Below, piece after piece: positions 8,501 through 17,212 of a stretch of DNA of 34,167 bases. Origin of the DNA: an uncultured Desulfobacteraceae bacterium (lineage in GTDB: Bacteria; Desulfobacterota; DSM-4660; Desulfatiglandales; B25-G16); assembly GCA_964393665.1 (NCBI GenBank), contig CAYMVB010000077.1:1-34167 (forward strand), in the 5' to 3' direction. The notes beneath the pieces were generated by a model, which worked only from the letters and a program-made list of their open reading frames with translations, had not been told where the DNA came from and searched no databases. Numbering within the stretch: the stretch's first letter is position 1; the number at the start of each line of letters is the position of its first letter. A program made the position numbers and the translations under genes.

Positions 8501-9352
8501 TTATTCATACCATCCACTACCAGTCTTTTTTCCAAGCTTTCCTGCCCTAACCATTGTCTTTAAAAGATTTGGTGAAACCCACTTGCTTTCCTTGTTAAGT
8601 TCCTTATAAAAATACTCACTTACAAAATATGCTATATCAATGCCCGTTAAATCCATGAGCTCAAATGGGCCCATAGGGTAATTTAGACCATTCTTTACAG
8701 CCTTATCAACATCTTCTATAGATGCAATGCCTTCTTCAACAATTTTTATAGCCTCAATCATGTGGGGGATCATTATCCTGTTTACTATAAAGCCTGGAGA
8801 ATCCTTTTTGACCTCAACGGTTATCTTCCCCATTTTTTGAGCTAATTCGGTTGTTACTTTTATTGTTTCGTCACTTGTTGAATAACCCCTTATAATTTCA
8901 ACTAATTTCATTAGTGGAACAGGGTTGAAAAAATGCATTCCGCATATTTTTTCAGGCCTTTTCGTGCTCGCTGCTATTTCTGTTATCGACATTGACGAGG
9001 TGTTTGTTGAAAGGATAACATCAGGTTTACATAATTCATCAAGCTCCTTGAAAACGCTTTTTTTCAGGTCCAAATCCTCTATAACAGCCTCCACAACAAA
9101 ATCGACATCCTTAAGGTCGGCCATATCTGTCGTGCCTTTTATACGACCCAGGATCGTGTCTTTCTCTTTCTGCTCAAGTTTACCTTTCTCTACGCTTTTA
9201 GTTAAGAAGCCATCAATTTTTTTTAGACCACTATCCACAAACCTCATTTCAACATCTCTCATCACAACATCGCATCCAATTTGCGCGGCTAACTGAGCAA
9301 TACCATTACCCATTGTTCCTGCCCCAATAACACCAATTTTTTTTATTTCCAT
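8501..9352 (-). CDS. hbd: 3-hydroxybutyryl-CoA (3-hydroxyacyl-CoA) dehydrogenase
   Basis: GVIGAGTMGNGIA, VVEAVIE, STNTSS, GMHFFNP, PGFIVNR, YPMGPF, GKKTGSG. Start set at ATG 9352, which has AGGAGG upstream. Confidence 0.9.
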   Translation of the reverse strand: MEIKKIGVIGAGTMGNGIAQLAAQIGCDVVMRDVEMRFVDSGLKKIDGFLTKSVEKGKLEQKEKDTILGRIKGTTDMADLKDVDFVVEAVIEDLDLKKSVFKELDELCKPDVILSTNTSSMSITEIAASTKRPEKICGMHFFNPVPLMKLVEIIRGYSTSDETIKVTTELAQKMGKITVEVKKDSPGFIVNRIMIPHMIEAIKIVEEGIASIEDVDKAVKNGLNYPMGPFELMDLTGIDIAYFVSEYFYKELNKESKWVSPNLLKTMVRAGKLGKKTGSGWYE

Positions 9353-9482
9353 AATTCCTCCTTTCATAATTCAATAAATAGATAAAACATTTTATAGATA
9401 ATTAAAACGTAAACCAAAAACCAGGCTGCTTTTTTGCTAACATATGTATATATCGTTAACAATGCAAATAAATAAATCAAAC

Positions 9483-9513
9483 CAGGCCAGCTTATTTGAA
9501 ATAAGCTTGCTTG
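9483..9513 (-). terminator. Hairpin immediately after the SplB-like gene, probable terminator
   Basis: AGCTTATT-TGA-AATAAGCT core with flanking CAGGC/GCTTG pairing, next to the stop at 9516. Confidence 0.5.
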
Positions 9514-9515
9514 AT

Positions 9516-10610
9516 CTAATCTTGGGCCATCTTCCTTACCCTGTTATCAAGGTATTCAGAAAGATTGGCAGAATTTTCAGGCGACCACCCAAAGGATTGC
9601 TTCCATACGTCATCACTTTCCATACAAAGATACATGCCTAAATCATTGTGCCATTTGTTTAATCGTTCTGATAGCTTAGAATACATTTCGATTCTAATAG
9701 GTTTAAAATATCTCATTTTACCATCAAGTCCTGGCACAAACTCTCCATTAAATATGTTTGTATTGGGAAACCTTGACTTAATATCCCATTTAAGTTGAGG
9801 CATATACCTAAAAGAACCCATACTAATCCATATAATGGACTCAGGGTTTATGTATTTTTCAAGCAATCTGACTACGCCGTAATATTCATCCTCCCACCCA
9901 TCATATTGTATGAGCGGGTCGAAATGAAATGCAAGCAAAAAACCAGCCTCCTGGCATTTTTTCGCCGCTAATATTCTGCTCTTTAGGTTGGCAGTCATTA
10001 ATTCCTCTTTTTCTACTATTTTTTGTGTGTTTAATGACCATGCCATTACAATCCTTTTCCTATAATCACCTTTAATAATATTGCTTATACAGGTGGTCTT
10101 TGTTTTTAACTCCAAAATAGTATTCTGTCTTGAAGAGAAAAATGGAAGGAGAAAATCAGACCACCCTGTAATGTGGTCAAGGGCTAGGCTGTCTGTAAAC
10201 TCACCGGTTCCTATTCTAAAAATTTTCTCAGGTTTGCTATCGATATATTCACCTATAACGCCCAGTTGCTCTTTTATATTAGTGAAAATTCTCAATGATG
10301 GCTGATTAACATAAGATTGTAGGAAACAATAACTGCAGTCCATTGGGCAATTCACGCCGACATGTAAAATTTTGTAGCCGCAGCATATATACCGTTTTGT
10401 GCCCGGGCAAGGCTTCAAAAATTCACCATTAAAATGAGTAAGCCTGAGGGATTTCTTGTCCATGAAATCTTGGCAGTCTATTAAGGCAAGGTCATCGGGT
10501 TCAACCCTAGTAATTTTTACACCCGGAAGTCTTTGCGTTATCTTTTTTGTAAGAACGTCAGATTCTGCATTTCCTTCAGCTAAAATTCTCGTAATGTTAA
10601 ATCTTCTCAC
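9516..10610 (-). CDS. Spore photoproduct lyase (SplB)-like radical SAM protein
   Basis: CPMDCSYCFLQ (CxxxCxxC), DSLALDHIT, LELKTK, WSLN, RILAAKK..EAGF.LAFHFDP, DGWEDEY resemble SplB. GTG start at 10610 has GGGGAG upstream and overlaps the upstream stop (GTGA). Confidence 0.82.
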   Translation of the reverse strand: MRRFNITRILAEGNAESDVLTKKITQRLPGVKITRVEPDDLALIDCQDFMDKKSLRLTHFNGEFLKPCPGTKRYICCGYKILHVGVNCPMDCSYCFLQSYVNQPSLRIFTNIKEQLGVIGEYIDSKPEKIFRIGTGEFTDSLALDHITGWSDFLLPFFSSRQNTILELKTKTTCISNIIKGDYRKRIVMAWSLNTQKIVEKEELMTANLKSRILAAKKCQEAGFLLAFHFDPLIQYDGWEDEYYGVVRLLEKYINPESIIWISMGSFRYMPQLKWDIKSRFPNTNIFNGEFVPGLDGKMRYFKPIRIEMYSKLSERLNKWHNDLGMYLCMESDDVWKQSFGWSPENSANLSEYLDNRVRKMAQD

Positions 10611-11596
10611 GTATCTCCCCTGCCCTTCCAAAAATTAGGTACCTCTGATAACTCTGCTAATTTATGTAATTTGTTGATCTTGTCAGTAAGCTCCTCACCA
10701 CGTGAAAAATCTATTTCAAGCCGGTAATTGACACCTTCGAAGAAAGGCGGAGAGATTACGTTGACTCCCGATGGTAGAGAAAGTCGATCAAGGCCGTTTT
10801 TAAAGGCCATGTGTGCCTCTGAGAGCAATGGGAAACGTCTATTTTTTAATACCGCTGTTATTGCCTTTACTTTTTGTGGTTTATTCATATTGGTATCTGC
10901 TACTATTTCTTGTACATCGCTGCTGTTAATTATATCTGTTATTACTTGCCCTTCCCTTCTGGAAATTTCTTCTAAATATTGAAAGAGTTGTACCTGTTGA
11001 TTAATACTGAACTTCAAGGAATTGAAAAGGCTACTTATGCCTAAACGGCTTTCCCTATCAATATTTGCCATAAGGCCTGCAACCTTTAGTGATACTGCGT
11101 TTCTTGCAACCGAAACCTTAACTATTTCCTCTAACATATTTAAATTAAGATATAATAGCAGGCTATGCCTGTTCGCAGGTATCGTAAGTAGCGGCAAATA
11201 TTTTTCTATAATTTCTTCCTTCTTTAAAAAATTAACCAGCCTATCCAGTATCATAGCCTTTTCAATGCTATTGAATTCGCGATGCAGGAGGTTATCGTCC
11301 AGGTTAAACAACAGGGCATCGTGCTCGGTAAAACTATCTGGTAACACGTTGCATTCCGCACCCTTCCATCCAAGCTCATGTGCTGCCAGCAATCTTTTAT
11401 AGCCTGTTACTACAGAGTATGAGTTGTCCAGATTTTTTATAAGATACGGGGGGTTTATAATGCCATATTTTGAAATAGATTTTTTAAGTATCTCAAGGTC
11501 AAAGTCAAAGCTCATACAAAATGGGCCATCAGGCAGCAAATTGACCTCCGGGATGTTTATTCTTACATTATGAGCCTTTATTGGTCTTGTTTCCAT
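10607..11596 (-). CDS. ParB/Srx N-terminal-domain protein with extended helical C-terminus
   Basis: LKKSISKYGIINPP and YSVVTGYKRLLAA (GxxRxxA), DNLLHREFNSIEKA. ATG 11596 preferred (GAAGGT upstream); the ORF extends to 11611. Confidence 0.78.
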   Translation of the reverse strand: METRPIKAHNVRINIPEVNLLPDGPFCMSFDFDLEILKKSISKYGIINPPYLIKNLDNSYSVVTGYKRLLAAHELGWKGAECNVLPDSFTEHDALLFNLDDNLLHREFNSIEKAMILDRLVNFLKKEEIIEKYLPLLTIPANRHSLLLYLNLNMLEEIVKVSVARNAVSLKVAGLMANIDRESRLGISSLFNSLKFSINQQVQLFQYLEEISRREGQVITDIINSSDVQEIVADTNMNKPQKVKAITAVLKNRRFPLLSEAHMAFKNGLDRLSLPSGVNVISPPFFEGVNYRLEIDFSRGEELTDKINKLHKLAELSEVPNFWKGRGDT

Positions 11597-11620
11597 AAAA
11601 ATTACCTTCAAAATAGTGAA

Positions 11621-11649
11621 TATGAAAATGATAGGCTATGCTTTTCATA
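11621..11649. promoter_or_regulatory. 29-bp near-perfect palindrome, candidate operator upstream of the ParB-like/SplB-like pair
   Basis: TATGAAAA-TG-ATAG-G-CTAT-GC-TTTTCATA, about 25 nt upstream of the start codon. Confidence 0.5.
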
Positions 11650-11932
11650 CTACACGATATTTGTCAATATGATTTAAGCCCACTACAAAAAGTAAAATAA
11701 TTCAATAGGATAAAAAAACAGACAAGATATGCTCGTTACTGCTTTTTTTGTGAAAGGGCCCTGCTAACAGTTCGTGTATACCTGCGGATGGACATCGGGC
11801 AGTTAGATGGGAGAAACAATTACCTCACGTTCTATGATAGGTTAAAAAAAGTGTTTTAAAAGGGGCATTAAAACGTTATGGAAAAATTACAACGACATAC
11901 ACGCGCCTTTAAAAAAGCACCCAAAAAAGTTT

Positions 11933-13912
11933 TCATGCAGCTACCCTCATTTCATCGTGTTTTACGATACTTTTTTCATATATAAAGACAAAACAACCAA
12001 GGATTATTCCTATACCTATTTTTATTGGGTCATTCGTAAAACAAAGTAATGCTCCTGCAACCAGTATGATTCTCATGCCTGCACCGAGACTTTTTACTAA
12101 ATAGCCCATAGTTCCTGCTGCAATCATATAGACGCCCACTGTTGCAGTGGTAACGGAAAAGATAATGTTTGGCACTGATCCCAATAATAAAAGTGACGTG
12201 TTAAAAATGAACATAAAGGGCAGGATATATTTTACAATAGCAAGCCTTACAGATATCCATGCAGTTTCCAGCCAATCTGCCTCCGCTATGCCTGCGGCTA
12301 CAAACACCCCAGGGCAGACCGGTGGTGTAAGGACTGATAGGATCGCAAAGTAAAGCACAAACATATGGGTCGCAACAGGGTTAAACCCCATTTGTATAAG
12401 GGATGGCGCAACAACAGCCGCACTCAATAGATATGCCGCAGGAGTAGGAACCCCCATTCCCAGCATAAGTGCCACGATGGCCGCAAGACCTAAAGCAAGA
12501 AATGTGTTGCTGCCGCTAAGGCCAATTATAATTTCAGAGATATTCACTCCAATGCCTGTTAGGGTAATAAGGGAGACAATTATATTAGCACAGACCAAAA
12601 GTGGGACGATTTTTATAAGTGACCTGCCGACATTATCCATGCCTTTTATAAGGTTTAATGCCCTTTTTCTTATCTCAGATAAGCTAAAGGTCGAAAATAC
12701 ATGGAGTATTGAAAGAACTGCAATTGCCCAGAAAGCTGATGTTTCCGGTGTATATCCCTTCACCATCAATGCAATAAGAAGTATGACAGGTATTACTAAT
12801 GGTATAGAGCGGGATGGCCGTAATATTTCAGCCAGGCGCTTGATATAACCGTCTGGGACTCTTTCAAGATTGCGCCTGGCACTTTCAAAGTGTATGGCAA
12901 AAAAGACGGATGTAAAAAATAAATAGGCTGGGATCAACGCACATATTGCAACTTGAATGTATGATATTTCAAGAAGCTCTGCCATTAAAAAGGCTGCGGA
13001 ACCCATTATAGGAGGAGTTATCTGCCCACCCGCAGATGCTGTGGCTTCAACTCCTGCCGAGAATTCATTTCCATATTTTAATTTTTTCATGAGAGGGATT
13101 GTAAAATTTCCCGTTGTGGCAGTATTTGCTACGGCGGACCCTGAAAGCATTCCAAAGAATGCACTAACTACTACTGAAACCTTTGCGGCGCCCCCAAAAA
13201 ACTTTCCCGTAAAACGCAGCGCTAAATCCATAAATGTGTTACCAGCACCAGTGGAAAGTAAAAATCCTCCAAATATAATAAATATAGCAACAATAGTAGA
13301 AGATACCCCTGTTACAAATCCCCAAAGTCCCTGGTCACTTAAATACATAACCTGGATGATATGTTTCATGCTAAAGCCTCTGTGACCCCAGTAAGAAAAA
13401 TAATCACCTATTACTGGTATGTCCGGAATGTATTGGCCAAAGAGTGCATAAAAGAGAAAGAGCAGGGTTAACACGGGAAAGATTATTCCTATTGTTCTTC
13501 GCCCTGCCTCCAATGCAAGAATAAACGCTGCTGTTCCCAGAAATAACTGTAAATTTGTTGATTCAGCAGGATGCTCCATTATCCAGTCATAATTAAAAAG
13601 AATATAGCCACATGATACAATAGCCGTTATAATTAAAAGAATGTCTATACCAAGGAGCACAGAGGGCCACAGGCCTTTGCCCTTTTTTTTCATAAACCCC
13701 ATCAGGGAAAATGTAAGAATCAAGGCAAAACCTACATGTACTGCTCTTTGCTTTAAGTTCGGCAATGGACCGGCAAAGCCAGTGTAAATATGAAACATGA
13801 CAAACAGTATAGCTACTGCACTAAGGATAATTCTCCATGTTCCATTAAGATTGTGCTGGTCTGATTTTGTGCTATGTTCTGCTACTTCACTTTGGTTAGT
13901 TTCAAGGGACAT
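11933..13912 (-). CDS. TRAP transporter fused 4TM/12TM permease (TAXI type)
   Basis: Highly hydrophobic; GGAAKVSVV.S, SGSAVAN, EATASAGGQITPPIMGSAAFLMAE, LGMGVPTPAAY, HMFVLYF, TPPVC. Confidence 0.92.
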   Translation of the reverse strand: MSLETNQSEVAEHSTKSDQHNLNGTWRIILSAVAILFVMFHIYTGFAGPLPNLKQRAVHVGFALILTFSLMGFMKKKGKGLWPSVLLGIDILLIITAIVSCGYILFNYDWIMEHPAESTNLQLFLGTAAFILALEAGRRTIGIIFPVLTLLFLFYALFGQYIPDIPVIGDYFSYWGHRGFSMKHIIQVMYLSDQGLWGFVTGVSSTIVAIFIIFGGFLLSTGAGNTFMDLALRFTGKFFGGAAKVSVVVSAFFGMLSGSAVANTATTGNFTIPLMKKLKYGNEFSAGVEATASAGGQITPPIMGSAAFLMAELLEISYIQVAICALIPAYLFFTSVFFAIHFESARRNLERVPDGYIKRLAEILRPSRSIPLVIPVILLIALMVKGYTPETSAFWAIAVLSILHVFSTFSLSEIRKRALNLIKGMDNVGRSLIKIVPLLVCANIIVSLITLTGIGVNISEIIIGLSGSNTFLALGLAAIVALMLGMGVPTPAAYLLSAAVVAPSLIQMGFNPVATHMFVLYFAILSVLTPPVCPGVFVAAGIAEADWLETAWISVRLAIVKYILPFMFIFNTSLLLLGSVPNIIFSVTTATVGVYMIAAGTMGYLVKSLGAGMRIILVAGALLCFTNDPIKIGIGIILGCFVFIYEKSIVKHDEMRVAA

Positions 13913-13967
13913 GTTTTTAACTCAAAGTTCCTTCTAAGATAAATGGTAACGGTTTTTGATCTTTAAT

Positions 13968-14027
13968 GAAAAAACACAGTAAAGACTTAGCTAACAAATT
14001 TAAGGGGCAGCCCTTACTGTGTTTTTC
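13968..14027 (-). terminator. Intergenic stem-loop after the TAXI binding-protein gene (partial terminator or mRNA stabiliser)
   Basis: 13-bp perfect arms AAAAACACAGTAA / TTACTGTGTTTTT. Confidence 0.55.
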
Positions 14028-14035
14028 AGGTATTG

Positions 14036-15034
14036 TTATCTCGCCTCCGGAGGTATTGCTACTGCAGGTATATTTTTTGCTCCAAGTTCAGAATATGCCC
14101 TGAGCGCACCTTTATGAAGGGGGATAAGTGTCAGATCTGCAGGATCCTGAACGAGATCAAGCTCTTTGAATGCCGGCCATGCAGATATCTGGAATTCCTT
14201 GCCTTTTATGATTGCATGAACTAACTTATAGGCAAGGTCATCGTTTAGTCCCTTATCACACATCACTCCTATAGGCCTCCCCCACATTGTATATGCCGGC
14301 TGATTGGGCATAGCCTTTATCCCACCTTCCGGAACAGTAATAAATGAAATGTAGGGGATTTCAGCTAAAATTTTCTCAGTGTGCTCTTTTGTTAGCGGGA
14401 TAAGTCGCAACTTCGTAAGTGTCATTATATCTAACGTTGATGAGTCAATCTGGGTTCCTATCCCTGTTTTTACATAACCTACGATTCTGTTGTCTTTTAT
14501 TGCCTTAACAGCATCGGATACTGCACCGATATGATAATCAGGTTTTACTCCCAGAATATTAAATATCTGTTTTGTCGTAGCCTCTGAAGCGGAGCCTCTA
14601 ATTCCAGGATTGAATTTTTTACCGTTAAGGTCTTCAAGTTTTTTAACGCCACTATCTTCTCTGACCACAATAAAATCTATGCCCACTGCATAGAGCCACA
14701 GTAATCTTAAATCCGGTAAAGGATTATCCTTCCACCTTGACAAACCCTGCCATGCTTCATACATAATTTTCATAGAGCAAATGCCCATATCGATTTCCTT
14801 GGCTTTAACCCTCGTGAGGTTGTCCACGCTTGCTCCTGTCTCAACAACATTTACCTTTACATCTGGTGTATATTTATTTATCGCTTTTGCGGCGCCAACA
14901 ACATATGCGTAGTGACTTGACGCTGCTGAACTTGCCCCAAAAAATAAATATGCCTTTTTCGCCTCAGACGTCACTGGTAATGTTAGAATTAACAATGCGA
15001 TAAAGACAAAAAAGAATCCTCTATATTTTTTCAT
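14036..15034 (-). CDS. TAXI family TRAP solute-binding protein
   Basis: Signal peptide (..SEA|K), ETGASVDN, DLRLL, DLNGKK, GSASE, IPLHKGALRAY; AGGAGG upstream. Confidence 0.92.
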   Translation of the reverse strand: MKKYRGFFFVFIALLILTLPVTSEAKKAYLFFGASSAASSHYAYVVGAAKAINKYTPDVKVNVVETGASVDNLTRVKAKEIDMGICSMKIMYEAWQGLSRWKDNPLPDLRLLWLYAVGIDFIVVREDSGVKKLEDLNGKKFNPGIRGSASEATTKQIFNILGVKPDYHIGAVSDAVKAIKDNRIVGYVKTGIGTQIDSSTLDIMTLTKLRLIPLTKEHTEKILAEIPYISFITVPEGGIKAMPNQPAYTMWGRPIGVMCDKGLNDDLAYKLVHAIIKGKEFQISAWPAFKELDLVQDPADLTLIPLHKGALRAYSELGAKNIPAVAIPPEAR

Positions 15035-15109
15035 GTATCTTCCTCCTTAAAGTAACAAGGTTTTAAATCACAGTTCTGCAATACAAGCTATGATAGGTAA
15101 GTACGAAAT

Positions 15110-15469
15110 TTACCGTAATGATTCTTTTACCTCTATTTGCAGTTTATTTGGTTTCGTTTTTTTCCAGGTATTTACGTTAAATGTATAATTTTCCCCTGCA
15201 GGAACCAAATTTGGCTGGCCTTTTTTTCCTGATGCGGTAAATTGTGGCACTTGATCATCGGCCTGAACAGCCAAATAAAAGGGCTTATCTTTGCCGGATA
15301 TATTTTTTATAGTTACATATACATAATAATTTCCCTTTTCATCTGCTTTACACTCAACTTTCTCTATCTTAGCGCTATCCACACTTTTTTTCTTGATGCC
15401 AGTTGAAAAAGCACTACAGGATACCAGTAAAAAAATCAGTATCAAAGGAAACGCACGCAATCTTTTCAT
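15110..15469 (-). CDS. Hypothetical lipoprotein, probably a beta-sandwich
   Basis: MKRLR, hydrophobic core and LVSC lipobox; VTIKN.S and VPAGE..TF patterns; AAGGAG upstream. Confidence 0.7.
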   Translation of the reverse strand: MKRLRAFPLILIFLLVSCSAFSTGIKKKSVDSAKIEKVECKADEKGNYYVYVTIKNISGKDKPFYLAVQADDQVPQFTASGKKGQPNLVPAGENYTFNVNTWKKTKPNKLQIEVKESLR

Positions 15470-15525
15470 ATTTTTCTCCTTGATTTAAGTTAATTGAATT
15501 TAAATCGACCTATGTAATTATCGTA

Positions 15526-16737
15526 TTACCAGATTATTAATTGACGAGGAAATTTATTCAGGATTTCAAAGCCTTCCTCATTAACAAGCACCATATCACC
15601 AATAACTCCTGCTGCCTCATTTGGAATAAAAAGATTAGGGTGAAGCTCAAAAAGCATTCCGTTTTGAATTTTAATGGGCGATTTGTTTTGTTCTTGTTTC
15701 TCGATATCTATATTTTTTAACAAATACGGGTTTGGAAAGGCATCTGAGAGAATTGGATCATTATAGTCAAGACCCAGGCTATGACCTGTTTTTAGCCAAT
15801 ACCAATCAAGGTCTCTTACATCAGGATAATATTTTCTTAATACATTGTCAGATGCCCTCCAAACTTCATTAAGGTCTAATCCAGGCTTCATGCAGTTCAA
15901 TGCCGCTTCTTCCATCTCCAGAACAATAGTAAACACCCGTAATTGGTCTTTATTAGGGCCCCCAATAGTGCCTGTCCTTATCGTGTGCCCCCAATGCCCT
16001 TCGTACATAATAAAAAGTGCTATGAGCACTTGATCGCCCTTTTGCGGCACCCTGTTGCATTCCCTTCTTGCATATCGTGGCCTATCTGCAACTGGCCTGA
16101 TGCTCAAAAAGGTTGAGGCGTGTTCACAGCCCTCATATTTTGCAGTGTGTTCCAGGTCAGCCTGAAGCTGGTAAACCTTTTTACCCTTCCCTATCTCCCT
16201 CGTAAGAGTCTCAAGCATTGCGTCACAGATTTCAGCCGCACGCTGGTGAAAAATAATCTGAATGGTATCTTTAATAATTCTCTGTTCATCTATAATTTTG
16301 CTTGCTTCAATTAATTCTATACCCTCTGCATCCTCTCGCAACCTATCATAGACAGGTGCTGGTGTCTCATCGCGGCCGATATAACCGATTTTTTTATTTT
16401 TTGAAAAAAGAGAATGAACACCTGTTATTATTTCCTGGCCTAATTTTGCCTGTGGGGTAACTCGGATATCGTCAAACCATAGTGTTTCCTTGGCATACAG
16501 TTGAGCAGATCGCATGGTAACTAATAGTATAGGGTCTTTTTCCGGTACCACGATCAGTACAGACGGTAAATTTCTTCCATCCCACCCACAAAGATAGCGT
16601 ATGTATCCATGAGTACGGCTGCCATTACCCAGCATGCTTCCTGTAGAATATATAACAAGGCCTTGAAGATTACGGCTCTGCATTTTTTCAGCGGTATTCT
16701 TCAAGCGTTCCTTAAATATTGAATTTGGTATTTTCAA
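15526..16737 (-). CDS. M24/creatinase-fold protein with non-canonical metal ligands (TTG start)
   Basis: Creatinase N-domain (ERL....KM...L.GL, YIRYLCG), R.IK, pita-bread motifs GDQVLIAL...GHWGHTIRT, KPG, GHSLGLD, GMLFELHP, IGDMVLV..EG.E.L. Confidence 0.8.
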   Translation of the reverse strand: MKIPNSIFKERLKNTAEKMQSRNLQGLVIYSTGSMLGNGSRTHGYIRYLCGWDGRNLPSVLIVVPEKDPILLVTMRSAQLYAKETLWFDDIRVTPQAKLGQEIITGVHSLFSKNKKIGYIGRDETPAPVYDRLREDAEGIELIEASKIIDEQRIIKDTIQIIFHQRAAEICDAMLETLTREIGKGKKVYQLQADLEHTAKYEGCEHASTFLSIRPVADRPRYARRECNRVPQKGDQVLIALFIMYEGHWGHTIRTGTIGGPNKDQLRVFTIVLEMEEAALNCMKPGLDLNEVWRASDNVLRKYYPDVRDLDWYWLKTGHSLGLDYNDPILSDAFPNPYLLKNIDIEKQEQNKSPIKIQNGMLFELHPNLFIPNEAAGVIGDMVLVNEEGFEILNKFPRQLIIW

Positions 16738-16766
16738 AATAACATCCTTAGGTAAAGAACTAGCGG

Positions 16767-17141
16767 TTATTCTAAAAACGTTCGATCAGGGTTATCCGTG
16801 TCAAAGGCAGGGGCATATATAGAGAGGATAATGCAAGCAAATCTCAATGCATGGGGGGTTCCTTTTGGGACAAAAAAAACATCGCCTTTTTTGAGGATTT
16901 TCTTCTCATCTCCAATGACTACCTCGCCTTCGCCATCCAGCAATTGTATAATTTCATCGTGATCTTTATGAATATGTAATGGGATACCATGTACACTGTC
17001 CGCCATCTGTACCGCATTTAATGTACAGTGCTCACCATGGTGGAGAAATGTATAGTTAATATTGTGCTTTTCATCCCTCCCATCCTCTGCCTTGCGGGCC
17101 TTTTCTAAAACCTCTGAGGCTGACCAAAAATTATCTGCCAT
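16767..17141 (-). CDS. Cupin domain protein
   Basis: HIHKDHDEIIQLLDGEG and GDVFFVPKGTPH motifs; H, H, E, H ligands intact. Confidence 0.88.
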   Translation of the reverse strand: MADNFWSASEVLEKARKAEDGRDEKHNINYTFLHHGEHCTLNAVQMADSVHGIPLHIHKDHDEIIQLLDGEGEVVIGDEKKILKKGDVFFVPKGTPHALRFACIILSIYAPAFDTDNPDRTFLE

Positions 17142-17212
17142 ATCTAAAAATCATCTCCTTTCAATAACATATCGTAACTATTAAACGAGTATCTATTGCA
17201 CTAACCCCCAAT

